Shown one piece after another: positions 26,890 to 38,413 of a stretch of DNA of 64,000 bases. This DNA comes from Longimicrobiales bacterium (lineage in GTDB: Bacteria > Gemmatimonadota > Gemmatimonadetes > Longimicrobiales > Gaopeijiaceae). The translations under genes were made by a program, and so were the position numbers. Every line of letters starts with the position of its first letter. The first letter of the stretch is position 1. The notes under the pieces were generated by a model. It searched no databases and was not told the DNA's origin. It saw only the letters and a program-made list of their open reading frames with translations. The stretch spans positions 1,280,001 to 1,344,000 of the forward strand of contig CBDBCF010000001.1 of assembly GCA_965202985.1 (NCBI GenBank), given 5' to 3'.

Positions 26890-27470
26890 CTAGCTCATGT
26901 CCCCCACCGCAGCCAAGAACTCGTCGCCCGTCTCGCATTCGAGCACCAAGTCCGAGATGGCTTCCATCTGGTCCGGGTCGGCTTCCCTCTCCAGCACCGC
27001 TTCAAGTCGTCCGGCCACCGCGGACCCGAACTTCGTGCCGGCTAGGCGTACTATGAGCTGCCTCTGGCCTTCCCGGCGACCCTCCACCTGGCCCTCCCGG
27101 CGACCTTCTTCGCGACCCTCCATCTGACCCTCCCTTCGGCCCAGCCTGCGGCCCTTCCTGCTGCCCTCTCGGTGCCAGTCCCTCTCCCACTGCTTCATCG
27201 TCTCCACGATCATCGGCAATCCCTCCGTCAGGTCTTCCACGTTGTAAAGCGGCTCCACCGGCAAGCCCCGGTGCTGCAACAACCGTAGCACGCACGGTAG
27301 AACGCCCGCTTCAGAGCGTCGTCCTCGGGCTTCGGCAGGTCCTCGACGAGCTTCGAGAAGATCTCGACGAACGTTGCCCGCGTCCGCGTCCGCGCCCGCT
27401 CAAAGTGGCTCAGCGCTGCGCCCGCCTGGACAACCACCTGGGGCTGGGCCACGTGGACGTCTACCAGATC
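26890..27470 (-). pseudogene. Rpn/YhgA-like nuclease remnant (N-terminus lost, frameshift ~27292) with intact C-terminal RpnS-like ORF 27213-26890
   Basis: AALSHFERART..LVEDLPKPEDDALKRAF then EGLPMIVETMKQW, EG repeats, KFG...DLVLECETGDEFLA; GGAGGG 7 nt before ATG 27213. Confidence 0.72.
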
Positions 27471-27478
27471 GCAAGGCG

Positions 27479-29149
27479 CTAAGGAGACGCCATCTCGGCG
27501 GCGCGCAGCAGGGCCCGGGCCTTGTTGAGCGTCTCCTGGTGTTCGGCCTCGGGGTCGGAGTCGGCCACGATCCCGGCGCCTGCCTGAACCTGGGCTTCGC
27601 CGTCCCGCACGACCATGGTGCGGATGGCGATCGCGGTGTCCATTTGGCGGCCTCCCCAGCCCAAGTGGCCCACGGCTCCGGCGTAGGGTCCCCTTGCCGT
27701 GGGTTCCAGCTCGTCGATGATCTGCATGGCGCGAACCTTGGGCGCGCCGGAAACGGTGCCGGCTGGAAAGCAGGCGCCCAGCACATCCAGTGCGGACAGA
27801 CCGGCGCGCACCCGACCCTGGACCCGGCTGCACAAGTGCATGACGTGGGAATAGCGTTCCACTTGCATGAGTTCGGGCACGGAGACGGTTCCGTACTCCG
27901 ATACGCGCCCCACGTCGTTTCTGCCCAGGTCGACCAGCATGCGGTGCTCCGCCAGCTCTTTTTCATCCTTGGCCAGCGCTTCGGCCAGCGCTTGGTCTTC
28001 CTCCGGCGTGCGGCCGCGCCGGCGCGTGCCTGCTATGGGGCGGACCGTCACCACGCCGCCCTCCAGTCGCACGAGCACTTCCGGCGACGAACCGACGATG
28101 CTGAAGTCGTCCAGGTCCAGGTGGTACAAGTAGGGCGACGGGTTGATGGTGCGAATGGCCCGGTAGAGGTTGAACGCCGGTCCATGGAAGGGCATGGCAA
28201 GCCGCTGGCTGAGCACGACTTGAAAGGCGTCACCGGCGGCGATGTACTCCTTGACGCGCCGAACCGCCTTGAGGAAGGCCTGCCGTCCGAAGTTGCTGGT
28301 CCGGTGGGGAGCGTGGGGCCGGTCCGGCGTGTCGGACGAGGAACAAGCGTCGGCCGCGGCAAGGGCGTCGGATGGTGCGAGGGTGTCCGGCGCGGCAAGG
28401 ACGTCGGGCGCTGCGAACACTTCGCCCGTCGGCTCGTTGGGCCGCAATTCGAGCGGGTCGGGCGCGCACCTTGAACGGAGCCGGCCCACCGTCTCCTCCA
28501 GGCGCTCCACGGCGGCTTGGTAGCGCCGGGTCAGCTCGGCCCGGTCGGCGGCGCCGATCGAGTCGCCCGCGACGCCCGGACCCGCGGCCACAGGAGACGC
28601 TTCGGCCCCGGCGTCGGCGCCCGTCTCCACCGTGGTGATCGCCTTGGCCCTACCCGTCAGGTTGTCTACGGCCACCACCACGTCCGAGAACAGGAGCAGC
28701 GCCTCGGGGAAGCCTTGGTCGTCCGGCGGCCCCGGGCCAAGCTTCTCCAGGCGTCGCACCAAGTCGTACCCGAAGTAGCCGACGGCCCCGCCCCAGAAGC
28801 GGGGCAGCCGGAGGTCGCGGCGGGGCGCGAGCGTGGTCAGGCGCGCCTGCAGGTCCGCCAGGGGGTCGCGGACGTCCACCGAGATCCAACCGTCGCGGGG
28901 GTTCCAAACGGACATGGCGCCGCCCTCCAGCTTCCAAGCACCCTGGGGACGGCTTCCCAGAAAGCTGTAGCGTGCCCATTGTTCGCCGCCCACGACCGAC
29001 TCCAACAGAAAGCCGTAGGGACCGTCCTTCAGCTTGTGATAGGCGGTGACGGCGGTGTCCGAGTCGAACAGGAACTCGCACCAAACCGGGACGCGGACAC
29101 CGGGCGCTGCGCCGGCCAGGAACGACTTCAGGGAGGGGCGGGGGTTCAC
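27479..29149 (-). CDS. trpE: Anthranilate synthase component I
   Basis: FLLESVVGGEQWARYSF, FWGGAVGYFGYD, GDAFQVVLSQR, NPSPY, PIAGTRRRG, EHRMLVDLGRND, FPAGTVSGAPK, QAGAGIVADS; start uncertain (GTG 29149 or ATG 29206). Confidence 0.92.
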   Translation of the reverse strand: MNPRPSLKSFLAGAAPGVRVPVWCEFLFDSDTAVTAYHKLKDGPYGFLLESVVGGEQWARYSFLGSRPQGAWKLEGGAMSVWNPRDGWISVDVRDPLADLQARLTTLAPRRDLRLPRFWGGAVGYFGYDLVRRLEKLGPGPPDDQGFPEALLLFSDVVVAVDNLTGRAKAITTVETGADAGAEASPVAAGPGVAGDSIGAADRAELTRRYQAAVERLEETVGRLRSRCAPDPLELRPNEPTGEVFAAPDVLAAPDTLAPSDALAAADACSSSDTPDRPHAPHRTSNFGRQAFLKAVRRVKEYIAAGDAFQVVLSQRLAMPFHGPAFNLYRAIRTINPSPYLYHLDLDDFSIVGSSPEVLVRLEGGVVTVRPIAGTRRRGRTPEEDQALAEALAKDEKELAEHRMLVDLGRNDVGRVSEYGTVSVPELMQVERYSHVMHLCSRVQGRVRAGLSALDVLGACFPAGTVSGAPKVRAMQIIDELEPTARGPYAGAVGHLGWGGRQMDTAIAIRTMVVRDGEAQVQAGAGIVADSDPEAEHQETLNKARALLRAAEMASP

Positions 29150-29213
29150 GTCGGGCGGGCCGGGTGCTTGAAAGGCGGGGGCAGGGCGAACAGCTTTCAC
29201 GAACATGATCGAA

Positions 29214-31223
29214 ATGTCGAAGAAACAGAACTCGGCGTCCCCTCCGTCGGCGCCTGCGCCGGCCGTCGTCGCCGTGGACACCGGCGGAACGTTCACGGAC
29301 CTGCTGGTCTTGGACGCCGAGAGGCCCGCCGGCGGCGCCCCGCTCCGCAACCTCAAGGTCCCGTCTACGCCGTCCGATCCCAGCCGGGCGGTCTTGGACG
29401 GCATCCAGGCGCTCGGACTGGCGAAGGGGACGTTCGTGCTGCTGCACGGGACCACGGTGGCCACCAACGCCTTGCTGGAGCGGAGCGGCGCGCGCGTGGG
29501 GCTGATCACCAACCGCGGCTTCGAGGACGTGATCGAGATCGGGCGCCAGAACCGCCCGCAGCTCTATGCGCTGGTGGGGCGCCGCAAGCCGCCGCTGGTG
29601 AGCCGCGAGGACCGGACCGGGGTGACGGGGCGGCTGGACCCGCAGGGGGCCGAGCTGGAGCCCTTGGACCCGGACGAGCTGGCCAAGTTGCGGGAGTGGG
29701 CGGCGGACCGGGAGTCGCTGGCGGTATGCCTCCTGCACGCCTACGCCCAGCCCGCCCACGAAGAGGCGGTCGCGGCGGCGCTGGAGGGCTGCGGGGCGCC
29801 GGTGTCGGTGTCGTCGCGGCTCCTCCCCGAGTTCCGCGAGTACGAACGGACGTCGACGACGGTGGTGAACGCGTTCGTGGCGCCGTTGGTGTCGGGCTAC
29901 TTGGAGCGGCTGGAACGCAGCGGGGCGCGGCGCACGAGCATCATGGGGTCCAACGGTGGGACGGTGCCGCTCCGGCGGGCCGCCCGGGAGCCCGTCCGCA
30001 CCGTCCTTTCGGGGCCGGCCGGGGGCGTGGTGGCCGCGCTGCACTGGGGCCGTCTGGCCGGCTTCGACGACGTGATCACCTTCGACATGGGCGGGACCTC
30101 CACCGACGTGTCGCTTTGTCCCGGGCACCCCTTGCGGACTCGCGAGTTCGCGGTGGACGGACAGCCGGTCGCCGTGCCGGTGCTGGACATCCACACGGTG
30201 GGGGCAGGCGGCGGCAGCATCGCCCGGCTGGACGCCGGCGGGGCGCTCAAGGTGGGGCCCGAGAGCGCGGGCGCGGCGCCGGGACCCGTGTGCTACGGGC
30301 GCGGGGGAACCGCCCCGACCGTGACCGACGCGCACGTGTGGCTGGGGCGTCTGCCGGTCGCGGGCTTCCTGGGGGGGAGCGCCAAGCTGGACCGGGCAGC
30401 CGTGGAGCCAGCGCTGGCGGAGCTGGCCGAGCGCATGGGAACCGGCGCGGCCGCCGCGGCGGAAGGAATCCTTTCGGTGGCCGACAGCGCCATGGAGCGC
30501 GCCCTCCGCGTGATCTCGGTGGAGCGCGGCTACGACCCCAGGGAGTTCTGCGTGGTGGCGTTCGGCGGCGCCGGCGGACTGCACGTGGCCGGACTCGCCG
30601 AGCGGATCGGCGCCGAGCGGGCGCTGGTCCCCCCCGCGCCCGGCCTGTTGTCGGCCTTTGGAATGCTGGTGGCGCCGGTGACCCGCGAGACTTCGCGCAC
30701 GGTGCTGCTGCGCTCCCGCGAGGCGGCCCTGGCCCCGCTCTTCGACGAGCTCGAGGCGGAGGCGGTGCGGGCCTTGCTGGAAGAAGGCTGCGACCAGGCC
30801 GACATCGTGGTGCGCCGCTCGGTGGACGCGCGCTACGCCGGCCAGAGCTTCGAGCTTCGCGTGCCCGCCCATGACTGGGTCGAGGCGTTCCACGCCGCTC
30901 ACGAGCAGCGGTACGGATACGCGCGCCGCGACAATGCCGTCGAGGCCGTGACGCTGCGCGCCGTGGCCCAGGTCCCGTCGCCCGAGTTTCACGTCCCGGG
31001 CCCAGCCCGCCGAGAGCCGCCGTCGCCGGACGCGGCAACGGTATTGACCGCCGAAGGGTCCATTGAAGTGGAGTTGTACGCTCGGGCGCGCCTGGGAGCG
31101 GGCGCGCGCCTGGCTGGTCCTGCAATCGTCACCGAATACTCGGGAACCACTTGGGTCCCGGAACGCTGGGAGTGCACCGTGGTGGAATCCGGAAGCCTGT
31201 TGCTCGAGAGATCAGCGTCGTGA
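29214..31223 (+). CDS. Hydantoinase A / 5-oxoprolinase family protein
   Basis: VDTGGTFTD, HGTTVATNALLER, LSGPAGG, DMGGTSTD, GAGGGS, GPESAGA, AFGGAG, RYAGQSFEL. Confidence 0.92.
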   Translation: MSKKQNSASPPSAPAPAVVAVDTGGTFTDLLVLDAERPAGGAPLRNLKVPSTPSDPSRAVLDGIQALGLAKGTFVLLHGTTVATNALLERSGARVGLITNRGFEDVIEIGRQNRPQLYALVGRRKPPLVSREDRTGVTGRLDPQGAELEPLDPDELAKLREWAADRESLAVCLLHAYAQPAHEEAVAAALEGCGAPVSVSSRLLPEFREYERTSTTVVNAFVAPLVSGYLERLERSGARRTSIMGSNGGTVPLRRAAREPVRTVLSGPAGGVVAALHWGRLAGFDDVITFDMGGTSTDVSLCPGHPLRTREFAVDGQPVAVPVLDIHTVGAGGGSIARLDAGGALKVGPESAGAAPGPVCYGRGGTAPTVTDAHVWLGRLPVAGFLGGSAKLDRAAVEPALAELAERMGTGAAAAAEGILSVADSAMERALRVISVERGYDPREFCVVAFGGAGGLHVAGLAERIGAERALVPPAPGLLSAFGMLVAPVTRETSRTVLLRSREAALAPLFDELEAEAVRALLEEGCDQADIVVRRSVDARYAGQSFELRVPAHDWVEAFHAAHEQRYGYARRDNAVEAVTLRAVAQVPSPEFHVPGPARREPPSPDAATVLTAEGSIEVELYARARLGAGARLAGPAIVTEYSGTTWVPERWECTVVESGSLLLERSAS

Positions 31224-33538
31224 GCGGCGCGTCGGCTGGCCCCCGCCCCCCTTACGGCTGGGCCGCCCTGGCCGGGTCCGCGGTCGGCCTTCTCTACGTG
31301 ATCACGCTGTCTCCGACCACCGCTTTCTGGGACACCAGCGAGTACATCGCCACGGCGCACATCTTGGGCATCCCGCACCCGCCCGGGAACCCGCTCTTCG
31401 TGGTGCTGGCGCGCACGTGGGAGCTGCTCCTGGCCCCGTTCGGCCTGTCCACGGCGGTCCGCGTCAACCTCTTCTCCACGCTCATGAGCAGCTTGGCGCA
31501 CGGCCTCTGGTTCCTGGTCGTGCACCACGTGCTTCGCTACTTCTCGGAGGACCGGCGCTTCCGCTTGTGCGGCGCCTTCGTCGCGGTGCTGTGCAGCGCC
31601 ACCGCGTTCACGGTCTGGAACCAGTCCAACGTGAACGAAAAGGTCTACACGGTCTCGCTCTTCACGATCGCGCTGTTGTCCTGGCTTGCATTCCGGTGGC
31701 AGGAAACGCTGGACAAGGGCAGGCACGGCAATCTGCTGGTCCTGATGGCGTTCATCTTGGCGCTGTCGGTGGGCAACCACCTCATGGCCTTCCTGGCGGC
31801 GCCCGCGCTGTTGGTCTTCATCGCGATCGTTCGCCCGTCCACCTTCCTGCAGCCCCGCTTGTACGCGGCCGGGGCGGCGGCCTTGGTGCTGGGTCTGTCC
31901 ATTCACCTGTTCTTGCCGGTGCGTTCCGAGCTGCGGCCGATCATCAACGAGGCCCAGCCTACGTGCGAAGGCGTCGGCGACGCTTTGGGCGCCATCGTCA
32001 CCTACGGGAACGCCGGCTGCGAAGAGCTGTCGGGGTCGCTCAAGCGCGAACAGTACGACAAGCCGCCGCTGGTTCCCCGGCAAGCACCGCTCGCGTCCCA
32101 GTTCCGCAACTGGCTTCAGTACTTCGACTGGCAGTGGGCGCGCGGAATCGACGGAGAGGACGTGCTGTTCGGCGCGACGCGAGCGCCGTTCACGATCCTC
32201 TTCGTGGTCTTGGGCATCTTCGGCATGGTGGAGCACTATCGCCGCGACAAGGCGAGTTGGGCCTACATGGCGTCGCTCTTTGTCGTTCTGTCCGCCGGGC
32301 TGACGTACTACCTCAACTTCAAGTACGGGTACTCCATCTCCGCGCCCGTCAACGACCCGGACCTGCACGAAGTGCGCGAACGGGACTACTTCTTCGTCGC
32401 AGGGTTCTCGGTGTGGGGGCTCTTGGCGGGCATCGGCGTCGCGGCGCTCTGGGAGCGCGTGGTGCGCAACCGGCGGCGCTCGCTGATCGTCGGGTCGCCG
32501 GTGCTGGCGCTTGCGCTAATTCCGCTGATCTTCAACTTCGACCGCGCAAGCCGGACCGATGACTATTCCGCGCGGGACTGGGCGTACAACCTGCTCATGA
32601 GCGTGGAGCCGTACGCCTTGCTGTTCACCAACGGCGACAACGACACGTTCCCCCTGTGGTATCTGCAAGAAGTCGAAGGCATCCGACGCGACGTGACGAT
32701 CGCCGTGACCTCGTACTTGAACACCGACTGGTACGTCAAGCAGCTGCGGGACCTCACTCGTCCGTGCCAGCCCGGACAGAACCCGGAAGCGGAGCCGACG
32801 CGGATCGTGTGCCAGCGTCCCTATACGGCCGACAACACCAACGCCGCCTACACGCACGATCCCACGGCGGCCCGGGGCGACGGCAAGGTGCCTCTCGTTC
32901 TGGCGCAACCCGTCAGCCCGCCGACGCGCTCGGTCTTCCGCGAGAACTTGGACGACGAGACGATCGACCAAGTGGCGCAGAGCTGGGTCCGCCTGGAAGA
33001 GCCGCGGCGGATCGACTTGGGACCGTTCGTGGCCACGATGGCCGCCGACCAGTACATGTACCCTTGGCACCAGTTCGCGCTGGCTGCGATCGCGCAGTCG
33101 ATCGGCGATCGGCCCGTCTACTTTGCCTCCAGCGGCAGCACCGGCACCGCGTCCGCCTTCGGTCTGCGACCCCACTTGGTTCGCCAAGGCTTGGCGTTTC
33201 GCCTGTGGCCGGGCGACCCCGCCGAGCTGGCGTCGCAGGGAGTGCGTCGCAACACAGACACGTCCGCGCTGGCGGGCGTCGCAGGACCGTGGCTGGACAC
33301 GGAACGCACCCGCGTGCTGAACGAGGAAGTGTTCGTCCACCGGGGCGGCATCCCGGACGAATGGGACTACTGGCCGGACGGCTCCACGATCGGCATCCCG
33401 AACTACTACGCGTGGGCCTATTGGGGCCTGTACTACGACGCCGTGCAGCAAAACGACGAAGAAGCCGCCAGCCGATTCGTCAACCGCTTCAATGCGTGGA
33501 GCGAACTGGGGCGGCTGCCCGAGTCCGGGCAGAGGTAG
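31220..33538 (+). CDS. DUF2723 / TMEM260-like membrane glycosyltransferase (GT-C fold)
   Basis: FWDTSEY, GIPHPPGNPLF, multiple TM helices, HEVRERDYFF, FTNGDNDTFPLWYLQEVEG; GTGA overlap. Confidence 0.85.
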   Translation: MSGASAGPRPPYGWAALAGSAVGLLYVITLSPTTAFWDTSEYIATAHILGIPHPPGNPLFVVLARTWELLLAPFGLSTAVRVNLFSTLMSSLAHGLWFLVVHHVLRYFSEDRRFRLCGAFVAVLCSATAFTVWNQSNVNEKVYTVSLFTIALLSWLAFRWQETLDKGRHGNLLVLMAFILALSVGNHLMAFLAAPALLVFIAIVRPSTFLQPRLYAAGAAALVLGLSIHLFLPVRSELRPIINEAQPTCEGVGDALGAIVTYGNAGCEELSGSLKREQYDKPPLVPRQAPLASQFRNWLQYFDWQWARGIDGEDVLFGATRAPFTILFVVLGIFGMVEHYRRDKASWAYMASLFVVLSAGLTYYLNFKYGYSISAPVNDPDLHEVRERDYFFVAGFSVWGLLAGIGVAALWERVVRNRRRSLIVGSPVLALALIPLIFNFDRASRTDDYSARDWAYNLLMSVEPYALLFTNGDNDTFPLWYLQEVEGIRRDVTIAVTSYLNTDWYVKQLRDLTRPCQPGQNPEAEPTRIVCQRPYTADNTNAAYTHDPTAARGDGKVPLVLAQPVSPPTRSVFRENLDDETIDQVAQSWVRLEEPRRIDLGPFVATMAADQYMYPWHQFALAAIAQSIGDRPVYFASSGSTGTASAFGLRPHLVRQGLAFRLWPGDPAELASQGVRRNTDTSALAGVAGPWLDTERTRVLNEEVFVHRGGIPDEWDYWPDGSTIGIPNYYAWAYWGLYYDAVQQNDEEAASRFVNRFNAWSELGRLPESGQR

Positions 33539-33541
33539 CCG

Positions 33542-35290
33542 CTAGACGTACCCTTCGCGCTTCATGTGAAGCACGATGCGATGGGCGGCTTCTTCCGGCG
33601 ACGCGTGGGCCGTGTCGATGAGGATGTCGGCGTCGTCGGGCGCCTCGTAGGGGTCCGAAACGCCGGTGAAGGCGGAGACGATCCCGGCGCGGGCGCGGGC
33701 GTACAGACCTTTCGGATCACGCTGCTCGCAGACTTCCAGGGGCGTGGACACGTGGACCAGGACGAAGCCGCCGGCGGCGGCCTCCACCATGCGGCGGACG
33801 TCCTTGCGCACTTGGTCGTACGGGGCGATCGACGCGCACAACGCCACGCCGCCGTTCTTGGCGATCTCCGACGCGACGAACCCGATCCGCCGGATGTTCA
33901 GATCGCGGTGCTCCCTGGAGAAGGTCAGCTCGCTCGACAGGTGCCTGCGAACCACGTCGCCGTCCAGCAGCGTGACGGGCCGACCGCCCATCTCGCGGAA
34001 CTTCACCATCAACGCTCCGGCGATCGTGCTCTTGCCGGCGCCCGACAGGCCCGTGAAGAAGATCACGAACCCCCTCCGGCTGCGGGGCGGAACCGCCCGA
34101 CGCAGCTCCGCCTCGACCTCCGGGAAGGTGAACCAGGACGGGAGCGGCAAGTCCTGGCGCAACCGGCGTCGCATCTCCGTCCCCGAAAGGTGCACGGTGT
34201 CGGACGGGGCGCCGTCGGCCCCCGCGACGTCGCCGGCCTGCCGCACCGCGCCGCGCTTCCGGTCGTAGCGCATCTCCTTGAACGCCACCATCGCCACACC
34301 CAGCTCGGCTTCGTGTTCGCGCAAGAGCGCTTGGGCCTCGTACGGGTCGTAGAAGGGGACGCCGGAAGCGTCCTGGCCCGGCCCGGCGTGGTCGCGGCCC
34401 ACGATCAGGTGGGTGCAGCCGTAGTTCTTGCGCACGATGGCGTGCCAGAGGGCCTCTCGGGGGCCCGCCATCCGCATGGCCAGCGGCAGCAGCGACAGCA
34501 GAGCGATGCCCTCGGGGTAGGCCGACATGACGGCCTGGTAGCAACGAACCCGAGTGAAGTGGTCGAGGTCCCCCGGCAGGGTCTCGCCCACGACCGGATG
34601 CACGAGCAGGCTCGCCGCGGTCTCCTGCACCGCGCGGGTGGTCAGCTCGACGTGGGCCCGGTGCATCGGGTTGCGGGTCTGGAACGCCACCACGCGCCGC
34701 CACCCCATGCGCGCAAAGAGCGCCCGCAGTCCGGCCGGCGAGTGGCGCAGCGTCGGGTAGTCGTAGTGGATCGGCGGCCGCACGGCTTCCACCCTACCGC
34801 CGACCCGCACCGGCCCCGTCTGCTTGCGAAGCCGCGCCGCTCCCGCGTGCTGCTCCAAGTTCGCGCTCGCGCCCTCCGCCCGGCTTGCGAAGACCGCGTG
34901 CGCTTCCGCTTCGACGTCCGCCTCCCATATCTCTTCCGCGCGGAGCGCCGCCAGCAGCGTGCCCTGTTCGTCGCGCAACGCCACCCAGTCGCCCGGCGTC
35001 AGCTTGTCCGCCGTCGCGCGGCTCGCGTCCAGCGTCACGGGCACCGGCCAAAGGGCGCCGTCGGCCAAGCGCATCTCGGACAGCACGCGCTCGTAGTCGG
35101 GCCGAGTCATGAAGCCGCGCAACGGCGAGAAGCCCCCGTTCGCCAGGAGCTCCAAGTCGCAGAGCTGCCGGCGGTTCAGGTCTATGGACAGCCAGTCGCG
35201 CGACGCCTTCGCGATCTCTTCGCGGCGCTCGGCGTCCGCTTGCAGGTCCACCAGCGCTCCCCCGTGGGGCAATACCAGTCGGCCGCTCAC
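33542..35290 (-). CDS. sat/cysC: Bifunctional sulfate adenylyltransferase / adenylylsulfate kinase
   Basis: PHGG, GGFSPLRGFM, FQTRNPMHRAH, MRMAGPREA, VGRDHAG, FFTGLSGAGKSTIA, LLDGD, FTGVSDPYE. Confidence 0.95.
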   Translation of the reverse strand: MSGRLVLPHGGALVDLQADAERREEIAKASRDWLSIDLNRRQLCDLELLANGGFSPLRGFMTRPDYERVLSEMRLADGALWPVPVTLDASRATADKLTPGDWVALRDEQGTLLAALRAEEIWEADVEAEAHAVFASRAEGASANLEQHAGAARLRKQTGPVRVGGRVEAVRPPIHYDYPTLRHSPAGLRALFARMGWRRVVAFQTRNPMHRAHVELTTRAVQETAASLLVHPVVGETLPGDLDHFTRVRCYQAVMSAYPEGIALLSLLPLAMRMAGPREALWHAIVRKNYGCTHLIVGRDHAGPGQDASGVPFYDPYEAQALLREHEAELGVAMVAFKEMRYDRKRGAVRQAGDVAGADGAPSDTVHLSGTEMRRRLRQDLPLPSWFTFPEVEAELRRAVPPRSRRGFVIFFTGLSGAGKSTIAGALMVKFREMGGRPVTLLDGDVVRRHLSSELTFSREHRDLNIRRIGFVASEIAKNGGVALCASIAPYDQVRKDVRRMVEAAAGGFVLVHVSTPLEVCEQRDPKGLYARARAGIVSAFTGVSDPYEAPDDADILIDTAHASPEEAAHRIVLHMKREGYV

Positions 35291-36566
35291 TCCGGCCCTC
35301 CCCCCTGACCGCCGGGGACGCCGGCCCCGATCTCCGCCGTCGCCGCGCCCACAGCGCTTGCGGCGTCGGCAGCCATGTAGCCCTCCCGTCCGTCGGCCGC
35401 GCGCACCCGGTACCACGACCCCGCGACGCCGGCCGTCCGGGCGGCGCCCACGACCCGCAGCTCCTCGTCCGACGACAGGGTCGCGAGCACGCCGCTCTCG
35501 GTCCCCGGGGCCGTTCGCAGCCGCACGCCCGCGGTCGCGGGCTGCACGCGAAGCCCCATCAGTGCCCGGTCCGCAGACGACCGAGGCAGCACGCCCCTGG
35601 GCGGTTCCAGGAAGGGATACGGGTCCACGGCTCCTTCGCGCTGCCGGTAAACGCCGAAGTGAAGGTGCGGGGGCGTGGTCCTGGCGTTGCCGGTGTTGCC
35701 CACGAACCCCAGCGTGTCGCCCGTCTCCACGCCCTGCCCAGGCCGGACGTGCTGACTGTCCAGATGCGCGTAGTAGATGCGCGACATGCGAACCGAGTCC
35801 TGCACCCACACCACCTTGCCGCCCATGGGCGTGTCGGACACCCGGGCGACCTCTCCCCCGGACGCGGCCAGCACCGGCGTGCCCCGCGGCGCGAAGATGT
35901 CCACGCCCTTGTGGATGCGCCGCCCCCCGTCCCGAGGCGCGCCGAAGAGGCTCCCCACGTCGTTGGGTCCCGCTCCCTCCACCGGGAACGCCAGTTGGGC
36001 CTCCTGGCGAAGGATCACCCGGTACCTCCCTCCTCGGAGCAACTCCGGCTGCACGCGAAGCAGGTAGTCGCCTCCGCGCCAGGGCTCGTGCTCGAAGGTG
36101 TGGGCGGCGGCGCCGGAGAGCGCTTCGGCGGAGTGGACGGATCTGGGCGGGTCGCCCTCGTTGGCAGGCAGGCGGAAGAGGTCCACGAAGAGCCGGGCGT
36201 CTTCGTCCGACTCCAACGTCGCGAGCACCAGCAGCTTGCGTCCGCGCGGCAGCTGCAACCGGTAGGCCGCGGCGGCAGGCGTCTCGGGCGTGATGATGCC
36301 CTCCTCCTGAAACGGCAGGGCCACGGGCGCCGGGGTCTCCAGGACCTGCCATCCCGCGGCGGCCCAGTCCCGCGCCAGCGCGGTCTCGGCCAGTCCCGCG
36401 GCCGCCAGCGACGCGCCGTAGGCTTCGTGGGGCGTGAGATCGCGGAACCGGTCCGCGAACTGCTCGGCGGACTCGCAGGCCGTCAGCGCCGTCGTCGCCG
36501 CCATCGCGCCGACGGTCCCGCGCCTCCCGAACCGCAGGCGCCGCTGCACCGGAGACCCCTTCGACA

Positions 36567-36567
<1 letters not shown>
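35287..36567 (-). CDS. M23 family metallopeptidase with C-terminal SH3-like domain, probable lipoprotein
   Basis: LTAC lipobox, HKGVDIFAPRGTPV, YYAHLD, GNTGNARTTPPHLHF, WYRVRAADGREGYM. Confidence 0.88.
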
Positions 36568-38174
<1,607 letters not shown>

Positions 38175-38413
38175 GGAGCGACAACGATCATGGGGTGGAC
38201 CAAGGCTGATCGAGCGGAACGGTTTTCGGATGACGGGGACTCGCGAGGTCTTGTCGCGAGTCGTTTGGGCTTGCCCTTCAATCTGGCCCCGCCGGGTCCG
38301 GGCGTCTACGCCGGACGCGAGCGATCCTCCCCCGCGCCGCTCCACTTGGCCGCTCCGGTTCCGCCGGTAGCTTTCGGAATGCCCGAACGCGAATCCATCC
38401 GCTGCTTCCAGTC

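Noticed and set aside
13979..27470. Prophage or ICE
   Set aside because: No integrase, structural, conjugation or replication genes and no att repeats seen
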